From Clostridia bacterium (GTDB lineage Bacteria; Bacillota; Clostridia; TANB77; UBA1234): DNA of 32,000 nt. The position numbers were made by a program, and so were the translations under genes. Location: the NCBI GenBank assembly GCA_017521465.1, contig JAFXCN010000025.1, forward strand, positions 3,330 through 35,329, given 5' to 3'. This document shows, piece by piece, positions 16,687 to 27,389 of this stretch (position 1 is its first letter; every line of letters begins with the position of its first letter). The notes under the pieces were generated by a model, which was given only the letters and a program-made list of their open reading frames with translations, made no database searches and was not told the origin of the DNA.

Positions 16687-17877
16687 TTATAATACTTGCG
16701 CAGTAGCATTACCATCATTCAAAACAAGATTAATTTTATCATCTTTTTTTAATTCTTTGACTGATTTAATAACATTATTATCTTTATCTTGAATAACCGA
16801 ATATCCTCTACTCAAAGTTTTTAACGGACTTAAACCATCTAGTTTTGAAATAAGTTTTGTTAAATTTATTTTTACATTTTTGTTTTTTAATTGAATGGCA
16901 CTTTCCAACCTCTGACTATACGCATCAACACTTAATACTCTTTGTCTTATTCCGCTCGTAGGATTTTTAAATACAACAGAATTTATTATTCTTTTATATC
17001 TTTGTTCCATTACTTCAATCTTTTTGTTAAGCAAAGTGCTCAAATTTCGCCTTATATTTGCAAGCTTCCACGTAATTTCATTTATATCTGGAACCGCTAG
17101 TTCTCCTGCAGCGGAAGGTGTCGGCGCTCTCAAATCAGCAACAAAATCAGCTATTGTAAAATCTGTTTCATGTCCTACTGCCGAAATAATTGGAATTTCT
17201 GATTCAAAAATTGCATTTGCTGTTATCTCTTCGTTAAATGGCCATAAATCTTCTAAAGAACCTCCACCACGCGCAATTATTATTGTATCTACATTTTTCA
17301 TTTCATTAAAATATTTTATTCCAGTCACTATTGTTTCTGCTGCACCTTCACCTTGCACAGCAGCTGGATAAATTCTTATATTTACTTTAGGAAATCTTCT
17401 TGTGGTAACATTTATTATATCTTTTACAACAGAACCTGTTTTTGATGTAACCACACCAATTGATTTTGGAAGAATTGGGATTTTCTTTTTATGCTCTTCA
17501 GCAAACATTCCCTTGGCTGCAAGCTTCTCTTTAAGTTGTTCATACGCAACGTGAAGAGCGCCAAGGCCATCTGCTTCCATCCCTTTGGCATATATTTGAT
17601 AAACCCCATCTCTTTCATAAACGGCCACTGTTCCTAAAATTAATACAGACATACCATCTTCTGGTTCAAACTTTAAATAACTTGTGTACGTTTTAAACAT
17701 AACACATTTTATAAGGGAATCTCCATCTTTTAACGTAAAATACAAATGTCCTGTATAATGTCTTTTAAAATTAGAAATTTCTCCTTTAATATAAACATTA
17801 TTTAAAAATTCATCTCTGTCTACTAATGTTTTTATATAATTATTTAGCTGACTAACCGTTAACGGTGTTGGTCTCAT
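16687..17877 (-). CDS. xseA: Exodeoxyribonuclease VII large subunit
   Basis: LTVSQLNNYIK...GEISNFKRHYTGHLYFTLKD (OB fold), ARGGGSLEDLWPFN, and GHETDFTIADFVADLRAPTPSAAGE. Confidence 0.92.
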   Translation of the reverse strand: MRPTPLTVSQLNNYIKTLVDRDEFLNNVYIKGEISNFKRHYTGHLYFTLKDGDSLIKCVMFKTYTSYLKFEPEDGMSVLILGTVAVYERDGVYQIYAKGMEADGLGALHVAYEQLKEKLAAKGMFAEEHKKKIPILPKSIGVVTSKTGSVVKDIINVTTRRFPKVNIRIYPAAVQGEGAAETIVTGIKYFNEMKNVDTIIIARGGGSLEDLWPFNEEITANAIFESEIPIISAVGHETDFTIADFVADLRAPTPSAAGELAVPDINEITWKLANIRRNLSTLLNKKIEVMEQRYKRIINSVVFKNPTSGIRQRVLSVDAYSQRLESAIQLKNKNVKINLTKLISKLDGLSPLKTLSRGYSVIQDKDNNVIKSVKELKKDDKINLVLNDGNATAQVL

Positions 17878-18296
17878 TTATTTCCTCCATCATTTATTAT
17901 CTCCGCTAATACGCCATTTATAAATGAAGGTGATGAATCCTCACTAAATACTTTAGCAAGTTCAACAGCTTCATTTACAGAAACTTTATACGGAATATCT
18001 TCTCTATATAAAATTTCATATATAGCTAGTCTTAATATCGCAACGTCAACTTTATTAAGTCTTTCCATTGTCCAACCTTTTAAATGACTTTTTATTTTTT
18101 CATCTAATTCTGTTTCTTTTTCTTTAACTCCTGCTGTTATTTCTTCGATATATTTATCATCTTCAGGTGTTATTTCATATTCTTCATCAGAATTTTGAAT
18201 TAATTCTTCCATTAATTTTGAAATCTTTTCATCTTCTTGAAAAGCTGTTTCAAAAACAACTTTAAATGCGACTTCTCTTGCTATCTTTCTACTCAT
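17874..18296 (-). CDS. nusB: Transcription antitermination factor NusB
   Basis: MSRKIAREVAFKVVF..., NEAVELAKVFSEDSSPSFINGVL; 4-nt overlap with xseA. Confidence 0.9.
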   Translation of the reverse strand: MSRKIAREVAFKVVFETAFQEDEKISKLMEELIQNSDEEYEITPEDDKYIEEITAGVKEKETELDEKIKSHLKGWTMERLNKVDVAILRLAIYEILYREDIPYKVSVNEAVELAKVFSEDSSPSFINGVLAEIINDGGNK

Positions 18297-18304
18297 ATTT
18301 CCTC

Positions 18305-18520
18305 CTAGATTTTATCAATGAATGCTTTTAATTTTTCTTTTATATTCACCTTATTTTTTTGCATTTTATAACCTAATACAGCAAAACCAGCAATTAGAGC
18401 AATACAAAGAATAAAATAAACTAGTCTAAAAATAATCATTATTAACGCAACCGCTGCACCAATTATCGCCCATAGATATTTTTCAAAAAAGTTTTTCAAA
18501 TCAAATTTATTTTCATTCAT
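18305..18520 (-). CDS. Small integral membrane protein, DUF2273-like
   Basis: 71 aa, two TM helices, at the usual position after asp23/amaP. Confidence 0.6.
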   Translation of the reverse strand: MNENKFDLKNFFEKYLWAIIGAAVALIMIIFRLVYFILCIALIAGFAVLGYKMQKNKVNIKEKLKAFIDKI

Positions 18521-18523
18521 TTT

Positions 18524-19219
18524 CTATTCCTCCTTTTTTTCTTCTTGGTTTTCAGCTACTTCTTCAATTTTGGCTTCAACTTTTTCGTCAACTTCATGAG
18601 TTGCCACTTCATTACCTTCCGCTTTCACAGTCTCTTCAACAGGCTTAACTGTGTCTGTAACTTTATTTTCTAATTTTTGACCTTTTTCATAAATGTTCTT
18701 CACCTTCACATCCACATCTAAAACTTTTACTCCTGTTGTTTCTCTTATAACCTCTATTACCTTAGATTGTAATTCTTCTGTAACTTGTTTAATGTTAGAG
18801 TTTGCAAGAACAGAAATATTAGCAAAGATTTTTATTCCTTTTTTCTTTTTTAACATTTTTGCATTTACGTCTTTTATATTTGGTATTTTTAACGCAACAG
18901 ATTTAACCGTATTTGTAATTGTTTCTTGTGCTATTTGTACATTACCATTTTCTGTAGCTACTAATATTGGAGACGTGTCTTTTGACTTAAAACGCGAATT
19001 GAATATTGTTGTTTTTAGTGCTGCTAATACTAGTACAACTGAAGTTATAAGTGCAACATTATGATATGTATCATTAAAAACATAATCATTTAGTGTATCT
19101 AATATAAACGATTCACTTGCAAAACCTGTTAAGACCAAAATCACTGCTATTGATAATACTAAAACTACAATTGAAAAAATAAATGAAATAAATGCATCTA
19201 ATATTTTCATACTCTTCAA
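18524..19219 (-). CDS. amaP: Alkaline-shock-response membrane anchor protein AmaP-like, with an acidic C-terminal tail
   Basis: Two N-terminal TM helices and an Asp23-like beta region; lies directly downstream of asp23. Confidence 0.55.
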   Translation of the reverse strand: MKSMKILDAFISFIFSIVVLVLSIAVILVLTGFASESFILDTLNDYVFNDTYHNVALITSVVLVLAALKTTIFNSRFKSKDTSPILVATENGNVQIAQETITNTVKSVALKIPNIKDVNAKMLKKKKGIKIFANISVLANSNIKQVTEELQSKVIEVIRETTGVKVLDVDVKVKNIYEKGQKLENKVTDTVKPVEETVKAEGNEVATHEVDEKVEAKIEEVAENQEEKKEE

Positions 19220-19242
19220 CTCCTTATTTTATTATTAATATA

Positions 19243-19695
19243 TTATTCTTCATTTTTAACTTCTTCTGTTTTCTTTTCTTCTTCAACTTTCTTTTCCATG
19301 CTCTTCTTATTTTCTTTTGGAAGATTTACACCTTGTACATGAACATTAACTGCAACAACATTTAGGCCCGTCATGCTTTCAACTTGTGTTTTTACTTTAT
19401 TTTGAACTTCCCATGCAATATCTGGTATTCTTGCTCCGTATTCAACAATTAGAGAAATATCAATTACGGTTTCTTTTTCACCAACTTGAACTTTTATTCC
19501 TTTTGTCTTTTTGCCTAACATTTCAGAAATACCGCCTACAAATCCTCCACTCATGTTGTATACGCCACTTACTTCTGATGCTGCCATACTAGCTATTGTT
19601 GCTACAACCTCATCTGAAATTTTAATTCCATTTACTTCTGTCTCTACAACAGTTTCCAAAACTTCTTTCTTTTCAACTTCTTGATTTTCTTCCAT
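19243..19695 (-). CDS. Asp23/Gls24 family envelope stress response protein
   Basis: ISDEVVATIASMAASEVSGV... and VNVHVQGV are typical of Asp23 (DUF322). Confidence 0.85.
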   Translation of the reverse strand: MEENQEVEKKEVLETVVETEVNGIKISDEVVATIASMAASEVSGVYNMSGGFVGGISEMLGKKTKGIKVQVGEKETVIDISLIVEYGARIPDIAWEVQNKVKTQVESMTGLNVVAVNVHVQGVNLPKENKKSMEKKVEEEKKTEEVKNEE

Positions 19696-19706
19696 ATTAA
19701 ACCCTC

Positions 19707-20642
19707 CTATAATAAAATTTTTCCTATGGTAATTTTATTACCTCTTAAATAGTCCTTAATAAACATTCGTTTTGAATTCGGTGCTTGTATTTCAGTTATA
19801 GAAATTACACCTTTTCCTGTCGCAATTCCCAAACCTTCCTTTTCGTTTGCATATAAAACAGTTCCAGGTTCGTCATTCGCTACCATCTCATCCAACACTT
19901 CACACATCCAAATTTTATAATTCATATCATCTAATGTTGTATATGCTCCTGGCATTGGATTTAAACCTCTTACTAAATTTCTTATTTCTATCGCCGATTT
20001 ATTCCAATCAATTTTACAAATTTCTTTTTCAATCATTGGTGCAAGCGTATATTCTTCTGGTTGTTTTTGTCTTGGCGCAGTTCCTTCCGAAATTTTTTCA
20101 AGTGTTTCTAAAATTAATTTTCCACCTATTTTTTTTAACTTTTCATATAGGCTTCCAAATGTGTCTTCATCTAATATTTCAATTTCTTCTTTCAATATCA
20201 TATCACCGGTATCCATTCCTTTGTCCATATACATAGTTGTTATACCGGTTGTTTTATCTCCATTAATAATTGACCATTGTATTGGTGCAGAACCTCTATA
20301 TTGTGGAAGTAAAGATCCATGAACATTGATGCAACCATACTTGGGAATATTTAATATTTCTTCTGGTAATATTTGACCATATGCAACAACTACAATCACA
20401 TCTGGTTTTAAATTTTTAAGAGTATCTATAAAGTCAGTATTTCTTCTTACTTTCTCTGGTTGATACACTTTTAGATTTTTACTTTCTGCATATTCTTTTA
20501 CTGGTGTAGGTCTAAGTTTCATTCCCCTACCAGATGGCCTATCTGGTTGAGATACAACTGCTAAAACTTCATGTCCATTATCATATATTTTGCTTAGTGA
20601 CTCCACCGCAAAATCCGGTGTTCCCATAAAAACTATATTCAT
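19707..20642 (-). CDS. fmt: Methionyl-tRNA formyltransferase
   Basis: MNIVFMGTPDFAV, HGSLLPQYRGSAPIQWSIING; lies directly after def. Confidence 0.93.
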   Translation of the reverse strand: MNIVFMGTPDFAVESLSKIYDNGHEVLAVVSQPDRPSGRGMKLRPTPVKEYAESKNLKVYQPEKVRRNTDFIDTLKNLKPDVIVVVAYGQILPEEILNIPKYGCINVHGSLLPQYRGSAPIQWSIINGDKTTGITTMYMDKGMDTGDMILKEEIEILDEDTFGSLYEKLKKIGGKLILETLEKISEGTAPRQKQPEEYTLAPMIEKEICKIDWNKSAIEIRNLVRGLNPMPGAYTTLDDMNYKIWMCEVLDEMVANDEPGTVLYANEKEGLGIATGKGVISITEIQAPNSKRMFIKDYLRGNKITIGKILL

Positions 20643-20645
20643 TTC

Positions 20646-21128
20646 TTACTCCTCTTCTTCTGTGATATCAAATAATTCATCAGCTCTATCTACAAATAAA
20701 ATTCCATCTAGGTGATCAATTTCATGACTTAAAACAACAGCTAAAATATCTTCAGCTTTTATAACTACTTTTTCACCTTTTTCATTAAGCGCTTCAACAG
20801 TAACTTTTTTAGGTCTAACAACATCACCTAATTTACCAGGAACACTCAAGCATCCCTCTCTACATATTTGTTCACCGCTTTGTTTTTTTATAACTGGATT
20901 TATTAACTTATATGGTCCAGGTCCATCTTCTTCACTTAAATCTACAACAATTGCCCTTTTTAAAACACCAACTTGTGGTGCAGCAATGCCCACACCATCA
21001 GCCGTCTGTTTTAATGTTTCATACATATCATCTAATAATTGAAGAACCTTTTCATCAATTACTTCAATTTGTCTAGATTTTTTTCTAAGCAAATCATCTC
21101 CAATTTCTCGAATTGACCTAATAGCCAT
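20646..21128 (-). CDS. def: Peptide deformylase
   Basis: GIAAPQVG, EGCLS and HEIDHLDG motifs. Confidence 0.93.
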   Translation of the reverse strand: MAIRSIREIGDDLLRKKSRQIEVIDEKVLQLLDDMYETLKQTADGVGIAAPQVGVLKRAIVVDLSEEDGPGPYKLINPVIKKQSGEQICREGCLSVPGKLGDVVRPKKVTVEALNEKGEKVVIKAEDILAVVLSHEIDHLDGILFVDRADELFDITEEEE

Positions 21129-21145
21129 ATAATAACCTCAACTTT

Positions 21146-23320
21146 CTACATCATGTTATTTGGATTTATATCTAAATTCAAATTAACATTATCATTTTTT
21201 ATTTTCTCAAATTCTTTCAAACGTTCTTTTAATATCTCCATATTCCTATCATTTGCTTGTGTTTTTATCAAAATTCTCCATCTATAATTATCATTAATTT
21301 TAGATATAGGTGCAGGAACTGGTCTATATATCTCAAAAAACGGTTTCAATAGTTCAAACAACTTATTTGCTGATACCTCAACTTCCTGTTCGTTTTCACC
21401 ACTTAAAACACCTATTATTATATCGCAAAATGGTGGATAATTCAACTTTTCTCGCATATTTATTTCTATATTATAAAATTGCTCATAATCTTGAATTTGA
21501 GCCATTTGAATACTAAATTCATCCGGCGAATACGTTTGTACAATTGCTCTTCCAGCCTTTTCGCCTCTTCCCGCTCTACCAATTGCTTGCGTTAGTAGCT
21601 GGTACGTTCTTTCGTTAGCTCTATAATCTGAAATATTAATTGACGAATCAGCTGCCAAAACTCCCACTAATGTAACATTTTCAAAATCGTGTCCTTTTGT
21701 AATCATTTGTGTTCCCAATAATATGTCTATTTTTTCATTTTTAAATTTATTTAAAATATTGTCATGAGCATTTTTGGTTCTAGTTGTATCAACATCCATT
21801 CGTAATACTGTAGCTTCTGGGAAAATTTTATTGATGGCCGCTTCTATTTTTTGAGTTCCTGTACCAAAATATCGTATGTTTTCACTTTTACATTCTGGAC
21901 AAATAATAACATTTTGATGTTCATCACCGCAATAATGGCAAAGAAGTTTATTTTTTGTAAGATGATACGTCATTGCAACATCGCATTTACCACACTTTAC
22001 AACATATCCACAATCTCTACACATTATAAACGTTGAATATCCTCTTCTATTTAAAAATAGCATTGTTTGTTCTTTATTTTTTAAATTTTTATTAATTTCA
22101 TCAAATAGCTTTTTACTAAAAACACTTTTATTTCCTCTGGCAAGTTCATCGCGTAAATCTGTTATTTCTGCCACTGGTAAACCACATTTCGAAATTCTTT
22201 CATCTAATTTTAGTAATGTAATTTCATTATTCAAAGCCCTATAATATGTTCTTATATCTGGTGTTGCACTACCTAACACAAGCGGTATAGCATAAGCTTC
22301 GGCAAGTTTATCAGCAACTTCACGCACATCATATTTAGGTGTTGTTTCAGATTTATATGACGAATCGTGTTCTTCATCAATAATTATTATTCCAACATTA
22401 GTAAGCGGTGCAAAAATAGCTGAACGAGCACCAATAACTATTTTAACATCACCATTTTTTATTTTTCTCCACTCATCATATCTTTCACCAATTGATAGTC
22501 TGCTGTGAAGTATTGCCACGACATTTCCAAATCTCGATAGAAATCTATCCGTTATCTGTGGTGTCAATGATATTTCTGGAACTAATACGATAGCTGTCTT
22601 GTTCTGTTCTAAAACTTTTTCTATTGCTTGTAAATATATTTCTGTCTTTCCACTTCCTGTAACACCATACAACAAATACTTATCATATTCGTTCAATTTT
22701 ATACTTTCTAAAGCATTTTCTTGTTGTTTAGTAAGAATCAATTTTTTAGTTTTCTCTACTACTTTATGCAAAAACGGATCACGTTGTACCTCGTTTTGAA
22801 AAAAGCTAATAATTTTATTTTTTTCTAATGTTTTCATAACCGCAGATGTAGTATCTGTAAACATCAATACTTCTGAAACAGGAGCTTCTTTATTATCTAA
22901 CAAAAATTCAACAATTCTTTTCTGTTTATCAGATTTTATTGAATCTACATCTGTCCCATCACACAATTCCACCCATTTTTCTGTTTTTATCTTTACTTTT
23001 TCAGTGTCATTTCCCGTTCCAGGTGGCGTAAACAACTTCAACACATCTGAAATATTACAAAAATATCTATTTGACATCCATTTTATAATTTCAAATTTTT
23101 CTTGATCAAATACTTCATCCACAACTTTAGAAATAGGCTTACATTTATAATCTGTATTTTCTTTTAAACCAATAATATATCCTATTTCAAGTTTTTTTCT
23201 ATTACTAAATGGTACCAGAACACGCATGCCAACTTGGGCATGTATTCCTTCTGGCACTTCATAATCAAAAGTTTTATTTAATTTATTGACAGATGAATTA
23301 ACAATAACTTCAGCAATCAT
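21146..23320 (-). CDS. priA: Primosomal replication restart helicase PriA
   Basis: GVTGSGKTEIY Walker A, DEEHD box, and Cys-rich Zn module CRDCGYVVKCGKCDVAMTYH...CHYCG...CPEC. Confidence 0.93.
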   Translation of the reverse strand: MIAEVIVNSSVNKLNKTFDYEVPEGIHAQVGMRVLVPFSNRKKLEIGYIIGLKENTDYKCKPISKVVDEVFDQEKFEIIKWMSNRYFCNISDVLKLFTPPGTGNDTEKVKIKTEKWVELCDGTDVDSIKSDKQKRIVEFLLDNKEAPVSEVLMFTDTTSAVMKTLEKNKIISFFQNEVQRDPFLHKVVEKTKKLILTKQQENALESIKLNEYDKYLLYGVTGSGKTEIYLQAIEKVLEQNKTAIVLVPEISLTPQITDRFLSRFGNVVAILHSRLSIGERYDEWRKIKNGDVKIVIGARSAIFAPLTNVGIIIIDEEHDSSYKSETTPKYDVREVADKLAEAYAIPLVLGSATPDIRTYYRALNNEITLLKLDERISKCGLPVAEITDLRDELARGNKSVFSKKLFDEINKNLKNKEQTMLFLNRRGYSTFIMCRDCGYVVKCGKCDVAMTYHLTKNKLLCHYCGDEHQNVIICPECKSENIRYFGTGTQKIEAAINKIFPEATVLRMDVDTTRTKNAHDNILNKFKNEKIDILLGTQMITKGHDFENVTLVGVLAADSSINISDYRANERTYQLLTQAIGRAGRGEKAGRAIVQTYSPDEFSIQMAQIQDYEQFYNIEINMREKLNYPPFCDIIIGVLSGENEQEVEVSANKLFELLKPFFEIYRPVPAPISKINDNYRWRILIKTQANDRNMEILKERLKEFEKIKNDNVNLNLDINPNNMM

Positions 23321-23505
23321 AAAATCACAATCTCCTTAATGTATAGAATAATCTAAGTAGATACAAAAGTCAAACGAGTAGCATAGGAAATAAAGAATAA
23401 AAATTTTTCAAAAATTGAATAAGTGCTTAATTGTTTTTCTACACTACTTGTGATAAACTGATATTATTAACAATATTTAATAAAAAATGAAAAAGGAGGA
23501 AAATT

Positions 23506-23880
23506 ATGTCTAACGATATACAACTTTTTACTGTTTGGACTTTTATTACGGAATGTTCCGTACCAGATGATGTATCTGAAATGCTTATTCCCGGCGAAAC
23601 TGCTGTCTGCGCATATAAAACAATCCGAGATATCGCTATTTTCACAAACAAAAGACTAATTGTAAGAGATGCTCAAGGCATCACTGGTAAAAAAATTGAA
23701 ATATACACATTACCATACTCTTCTATCATTATGTATTCTACAGAAAATGCTGGGAAAATTTTGGACCTTAATGCCGAAGTAGAGATGTGGACAAAGGCAG
23801 GTAAAATAAAAATTAATCTACAAAAAGATATTGATATACGCGCTCTTGACAAAGTTCTTGCCACATATATTTTGAACTAA
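23506..23880 (+). CDS. Bacterial PH-domain protein (YokE-like / bPH_1)
   Basis: 124 aa. GGAGG SD 7 nt before the ATG. Pattern ...AIFTNKRLIVRD...GKKIEIYTLPYSSI... resembles bacterial PH-domain proteins. It is the only plus-strand gene. Confidence 0.55.
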   Translation: MSNDIQLFTVWTFITECSVPDDVSEMLIPGETAVCAYKTIRDIAIFTNKRLIVRDAQGITGKKIEIYTLPYSSIIMYSTENAGKILDLNAEVEMWTKAGKIKINLQKDIDIRALDKVLATYILN

Positions 23881-23969
23881 TTACAATCGAAACTTTTTTG
23901 CGTCAGACACATTGCATTTCGCAAAAACCGCGAACCACTCTGTGGCTGACGAAAAATGTTTCTTCAAAA

Positions 23970-24008
23970 AAAATAAGAAATCGGTTTCAAACCGATTTCT
24001 TATTTTTT
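23970..24008. terminator. Bidirectional terminator shared by the PH-domain gene and the pilin-like gene
   Basis: Near-perfect stem ATAAGAAATCGGTTT (23973-23987) / AACCGATTTCTTAT (23990-24003), flanked by an A-run and a T-run. Confidence 0.75.
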
Positions 24009-25050
24009 ATCTAAAATCAATTACTGGTTGTTTTAACAATTTTAACCATAAATTTGCATCATCCCAAAATTCATAATCTCCAGTTGGCCCCCATGGTCTA
24101 AATGCATATAGTTCTTGGCCAGCTAGTCTTATGTCACCTTCTTGAGTATCTGGGCCCGCTATTATTGCACCTTTGTCTACATTTAATTTCAATGCACTTC
24201 TTGCTATAAATGATTCTCTTTGGTTTTTATCAATATAATCCTCATATTTTGCAGCATAAAAGTCACCTTGATATGCAATTACGCTACCCGGCCATACTTG
24301 AACACCATTTTTATCTTCTGGTATTTCTATTTCCATAAGATCTCCTAATATTTCTATATCAATACCATTAATTGTAAATTTATTAGGTGTTCCCGTTCCT
24401 GGACTATTTCCACCTGGTGTCTCTGGAGTTTCTCCTCCTGGAGTCTCCGGTTCATCTGGAGTTTCTCCACCTGGTGTTTCTGGATCACTTGGTGTTTCTT
24501 CTCCAGCTCCTTGACTTCCACCTTCACCTATATAATATGATCTCTCGTTTATCCACCACTTGTACACTCCATCTTCTTCTTCTAAAAAGCCAGGCAATAT
24601 AAATGCAACACCATCATCTGTTATATAATGTTTTTCAGTTGCAGAGAACCATTGTCTATGTTTTTCCATCCCCGAAATAGTTTTATCATCAACAAGTTCA
24701 TAATACTCATTTCCCAACAATGGATCGCCAAGCACTTCAACAGTCATTTCTGATACTTTTCCTGCTGGTTGCGTTGGATTTCCTTCAATCTCTGAATAAG
24801 TTTTTCCTGATGCTATCATATAATATATTTGTGGTTGCGTTAAAGTACTGCTCTCCAATACAAGCTTTTCTGTTCTGTTATTATACTCTCTTTTCGTTAA
24901 TAAAGAAAAATCAGCAAACTCAGATTTAAATTTAGCAACAGTGGCTTTTTGTGTTGCATCCACACTCATAACTATTGCTATTGCCGCTAATATAATTATT
25001 ACAATTATTGTTATAATTAGCGTTATCATTGATACTCCATTTTTATTCAT
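24007..25050 (-). CDS. Orphan pilin-like (class III signal-like N-terminus) secreted or anchored protein with a Pro/Thr/Gly/Glu-rich repeat linker
   Basis: MNKNG|VSMITLIITIIVIIILAAIAI resembles K-G|FTLIELIVVIAIIGILAAIAI but has Thr at +5. ETPGGETP repeats in the middle. AGAGGGG SD. Confidence 0.5.
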   Translation of the reverse strand: MNKNGVSMITLIITIIVIIILAAIAIVMSVDATQKATVAKFKSEFADFSLLTKREYNNRTEKLVLESSTLTQPQIYYMIASGKTYSEIEGNPTQPAGKVSEMTVEVLGDPLLGNEYYELVDDKTISGMEKHRQWFSATEKHYITDDGVAFILPGFLEEEDGVYKWWINERSYYIGEGGSQGAGEETPSDPETPGGETPDEPETPGGETPETPGGNSPGTGTPNKFTINGIDIEILGDLMEIEIPEDKNGVQVWPGSVIAYQGDFYAAKYEDYIDKNQRESFIARSALKLNVDKGAIIAGPDTQEGDIRLAGQELYAFRPWGPTGDYEFWDDANLWLKLLKQPVIDFR

Positions 25051-25089
25051 ATTTTCCCCTCTTTTTCATATGTTTGGTAATACAGAATA

Positions 25090-25118
25090 ATTTTACCAAT
25101 AATAAATTGTATATGCAA
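25090..25118 (-). promoter_or_regulatory. Putative sigma-A promoter of the pilin-like gene
   Basis: Minus strand TTGCAT (25118-25113), 17-nt spacer, TAAAAT (25095-25090). Confidence 0.45.
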
Positions 25119-25167
25119 GGGGGAAAAAGGAAATATTCTTACCGGAAGTTTGCTTTTCACACTGAAG

Positions 25168-25246
25168 TATGCTACGAACAGTCGGCATGCAAAAAGGAAG
25201 TGCGACAAAAGCGACATAAAAATCGCTTTTGTTTCACCTCCTGTTT
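25168..25246 (-). repeat. Copy B of the ~80-nt structured repeated element (terminator-like hairpin 25196-25241)
   Basis: Shares the flanks GCATGyAAAAAGGAAGTGCGAC ... GTTTCACCTCCTGTTTT with 3816-3896. The apical stem differs but remains paired (AAAAGCGA/TCGCTTTT versus GAAATAGAT/ATCTATTTC). Confidence 0.7.
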
Positions 25247-25281
25247 TGCTGCCTCTCTTTATTCACTATTCACTATTCACT

Positions 25282-25310
25282 AAAAAAAGAACCCTCCCGG
25301 GTTCTTTTTT
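25282..25310 (-). terminator. Rho-independent terminator of groEL
   Basis: GAACCC/GGGTTC stem flanked by A7 and T6, immediately after the groEL stop. Confidence 0.75.
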
Positions 25311-26943
<1,633 letters not shown>

Positions 26944-26991
26944 TAAAAATCTCCTTTCAAAAATCATTGATAAATTTTACTATTATTATAT

Positions 26992-27285
<294 letters not shown>

Positions 27286-27309
27286 TTATTTCTACAATAT
27301 AACACAAAA

Positions 27310-27336
27310 TTAGCACTCTATTATTTAGAGTGCTAA
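27310..27336. promoter_or_regulatory. CIRCE operator (HrcA binding site)
   Basis: Perfect TTAGCACTC-N9-GAGTGCTAA between the groES promoter and its SD. Confidence 0.9.
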
Positions 27337-27339
27337 TTT

Positions 27340-27368
27340 ATAATATACAATTCAATTTACTTTGTCAA
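27340..27368 (-). promoter_or_regulatory. Sigma-A promoter of groESL
   Basis: Minus strand TTGACA (27368-27363), 17-nt spacer, TATTAT (27345-27340), immediately upstream of CIRCE. Confidence 0.6.
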
Positions 27369-27389
27369 CAAGTATAAGCAAATTTCATT

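Noticed and set aside
25051-25230. Small minus-strand ORF starting inside element copy B (MSLLSHFLFACRLF...) downstream of AGGAGGTGA
   Set aside because: The ATG lies 17 nt from the SD and is ATA in copy A. The similarity between the two copies is at nucleotide and structure level, not in a conserved reading frame.
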